From the NCBI GenBank assembly GCA_964567185.1, contig CAZMKZ010000005.1, forward strand, positions 1 to 58,976: a DNA stretch of 58,976 nt, given 5' to 3'. The notes below the pieces were generated by a model. The model ran no database searches. It saw only the letters and a list, made by a program, of their open reading frames with translations, and had not been told where the DNA came from. A program made the translations under genes and the position numbers. How positions within the stretch are numbered: the stretch's first letter is position 1; each line of letters starts with the position of its first letter. Positions 57,310 through 58,976 of this stretch are shown here, in pieces. Origin of the DNA: an uncultured Thermodesulfobacteriota bacterium. Lineage in GTDB: Bacteria; Desulfobacterota; GWC2-55-46; JADFVP01.

Positions 57310-58749
57310 TTGAAGTACGAAGCCGTAATAGGGCTTGAAGTTCACAGTCAGCTCCTTACAAAGACAAAAATATTCTGCGGTTGCTCCACGCTTTTCGGGA
57401 GTGAACCCAACACGCAGGTCTGTCCCGTATGTCTCGGTCTGCCGGGGGCCCTGCCCGTGCTTAACCACAGGGCCGTAGAGTTTGCCGTGGAGATGGCCCT
57501 TGCCGTAGAGTGCCGGATTAACCGCCGAAGCATCTTCGCGCGGAAAAACTATTTTTATCCCGACCTGCCAAAGGGGTATCAGATATCACAGTACGATGAA
57601 CCTCTTGCGGAACACGGCAACCTGCTAATAGAAACAAACGATAGCAAACGCAAGATAGGCATCACAAGGATACACATGGAGGAAGACGCAGGAAAACTCC
57701 TTCACGGAGAGGGCACAGAAGACGGGAGCCACAGCTTCGTGGACCTCAACCGCGCCTGCACGCCCCTTATCGAGATAGTGAGCGAGCCTGATATGCGCAC
57801 ACCTGAAGAGGCCGTGGCCTACTTGAAGGGCCTGCGGGACATCATACTGTATCTGGGCATAAGCGACGGCAATATGGAAGAGGGGAGTTTTCGCTGTGAC
57901 GCCAATATCTCCATTCGGCCTGTGGGGCAAACCACCCTTGGGACAAAGGCCGAGCTCAAGAACATGAACTCCTTCAAGTTCATAAAAGACGGCCTTGCCT
58001 ACGAGATAGAGCGTCAGATAGACCTCATCGAGAGCGGCGGCCACGTTGTGCAGGAGACGCGCCTCTTCGACTCGGCTCGCGGCATCACCCTTGCCATGCG
58101 CGGAAAAGAAGAGGCCCACGATTACCGGTACTTCCCTGAGCCGGATCTTCCGCCCCTTATCGTAGCCGAGGCGCTTGTAGAAAAGGCCCGCAAGGGCCTG
58201 CCAGAGTTGCCCGTGGCAAAAAAAGAACGCTTTATAAAGGAATACAAGATACCCGCCTATGACGCCGGGGTCCTCACCTCAGAAAGAGCGCTTGCCGGAT
58301 ATTACGAGGCCGTAGTAAAGGCCACCGACGAGGCAAAGCTCGCCTCCAACTGGGTCATGGGTGAACTTCTGCGGGCCCTGAAAGAAGAGGGGCAGGCCAT
58401 AGCGGATTGCCCCATAACCTCCGGGAACCTCGCCGAGCTTATTTTGATGGTAAAAAAAGGGACCATAAGCAACAAGATGGCAAAAGAGGTCTTTGCCGGT
58501 ATGTACAAGACAGGCAGTAAGGCCGAGGCCATAGTCAAGAAAAAGGGCCTTAGCCAGATATCCGACGAAACGGCCCTTGCAGCCATAATCGATGAGGTCC
58601 TCGGCAATAATAGTGAGAGCGTTGAGAGATACAAGAATGGAGAGCAAAAACTTCTGGGCTTTTTCGTGGGGCAGGTAATGAAGGCCACCAGAGGACAGGC
58701 CAACCCCGGGCTTGTGAATAAACTGCTGAAGGAAAAACTCAAGGGGTGA
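57310..58749 (+). CDS. gatB: Asp/Glu-tRNA amidotransferase subunit B
   Basis: TTG start after GAGG; [33 protein letters not shown]. Confidence 0.98.
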   Translation: MKYEAVIGLEVHSQLLTKTKIFCGCSTLFGSEPNTQVCPVCLGLPGALPVLNHRAVEFAVEMALAVECRINRRSIFARKNYFYPDLPKGYQISQYDEPLAEHGNLLIETNDSKRKIGITRIHMEEDAGKLLHGEGTEDGSHSFVDLNRACTPLIEIVSEPDMRTPEEAVAYLKGLRDIILYLGISDGNMEEGSFRCDANISIRPVGQTTLGTKAELKNMNSFKFIKDGLAYEIERQIDLIESGGHVVQETRLFDSARGITLAMRGKEEAHDYRYFPEPDLPPLIVAEALVEKARKGLPELPVAKKERFIKEYKIPAYDAGVLTSERALAGYYEAVVKATDEAKLASNWVMGELLRALKEEGQAIADCPITSGNLAELILMVKKGTISNKMAKEVFAGMYKTGSKAEAIVKKKGLSQISDETALAAIIDEVLGNNSESVERYKNGEQKLLGFFVGQVMKATRGQANPGLVNKLLKEKLKG

Positions 58750-58761
58750 AAAATACTGTTT

Positions 58762-58792
58762 GATGGGTTCCGTTTTACTCCACCCATCCTAC
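58762..58792 (-). repeat. GTAG-type REP-like palindrome
   Basis: GTAG-GATGGGT-GGAGTAAAACGGA-ACCCATC on the minus strand, between convergent genes. Confidence 0.65.
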
Positions 58793-58831
58793 GAAGCTTT
58801 GATAATTCCCCCGGGAACATCCAGCCCCCCC

Positions 58832-58976
58832 TCAAACATCAAAAACCCCAAACCCCTCTTTCTTCCAACGGAAGTAATCCCGCATTACAGAACGATGGTC
58901 AAAAGCCATGTCTCCGGGCAGGGTGTCTTCCAGAAATACCGCCGCCTCGGCGGCGTCGTCTCCGGCGGTTGGCCTG
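58832..58976 (-). CDS. NUDIX hydrolase, C-terminal part (starts outside window)
   Basis: Manual translation RPTAGDDAAEAAVFLEDTLPGDMAFDHRSVMRDYF..*. Confidence 0.8.
   Translation of the reverse strand, partial: RPTAGDDAAEAAVFLEDTLPGDMAFDHRSVMRDYFRWKKEGFGVFDV

Overview
A bacterial chromosome segment, moderately GC-rich and almost all on the minus strand. The gene content and codon habits (frequent ATA-Ile, AGG-Arg) suggest a deltaproteobacterial or Desulfobacterota-like organism (inference). The housekeeping content is: a tRNA-Thr/Tyr/Gly/Thr-tuf cluster, prfB (+1 frameshift), lnt-dgkA-ybeY-phoH, lpxC, ychF, hppA, pth-rplY-prs-tRNA-Gln-ispE, a full nuo operon, a carbon-nitrogen hydrolase, gatCAB and a partial NUDIX gene. 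The nuo operon is of the unusual '2M' type, with two nuoM genes, a 26-aa duplication in the NuoL helix and an inserted cNMP-binding gene. The standout is a ~21.5 kb unidirectional, apparently intact siphovirus-type particle cluster (7767-29235) between a DUF2905-like gene and ychF. It encodes a regulator, terminases, portal, scaffold, capsid, fibres, adaptor, tail tube, a -1 frameshifted tail chaperone, a very short tape measure, tail tip/spike proteins and a lysis cassette. I found no integrase, repressor, replication genes or att repeats, and the small terminase seems to lack a DNA-binding domain. This is a candidate gene transfer agent (GTA)-like system with a different head type from RcGTA.
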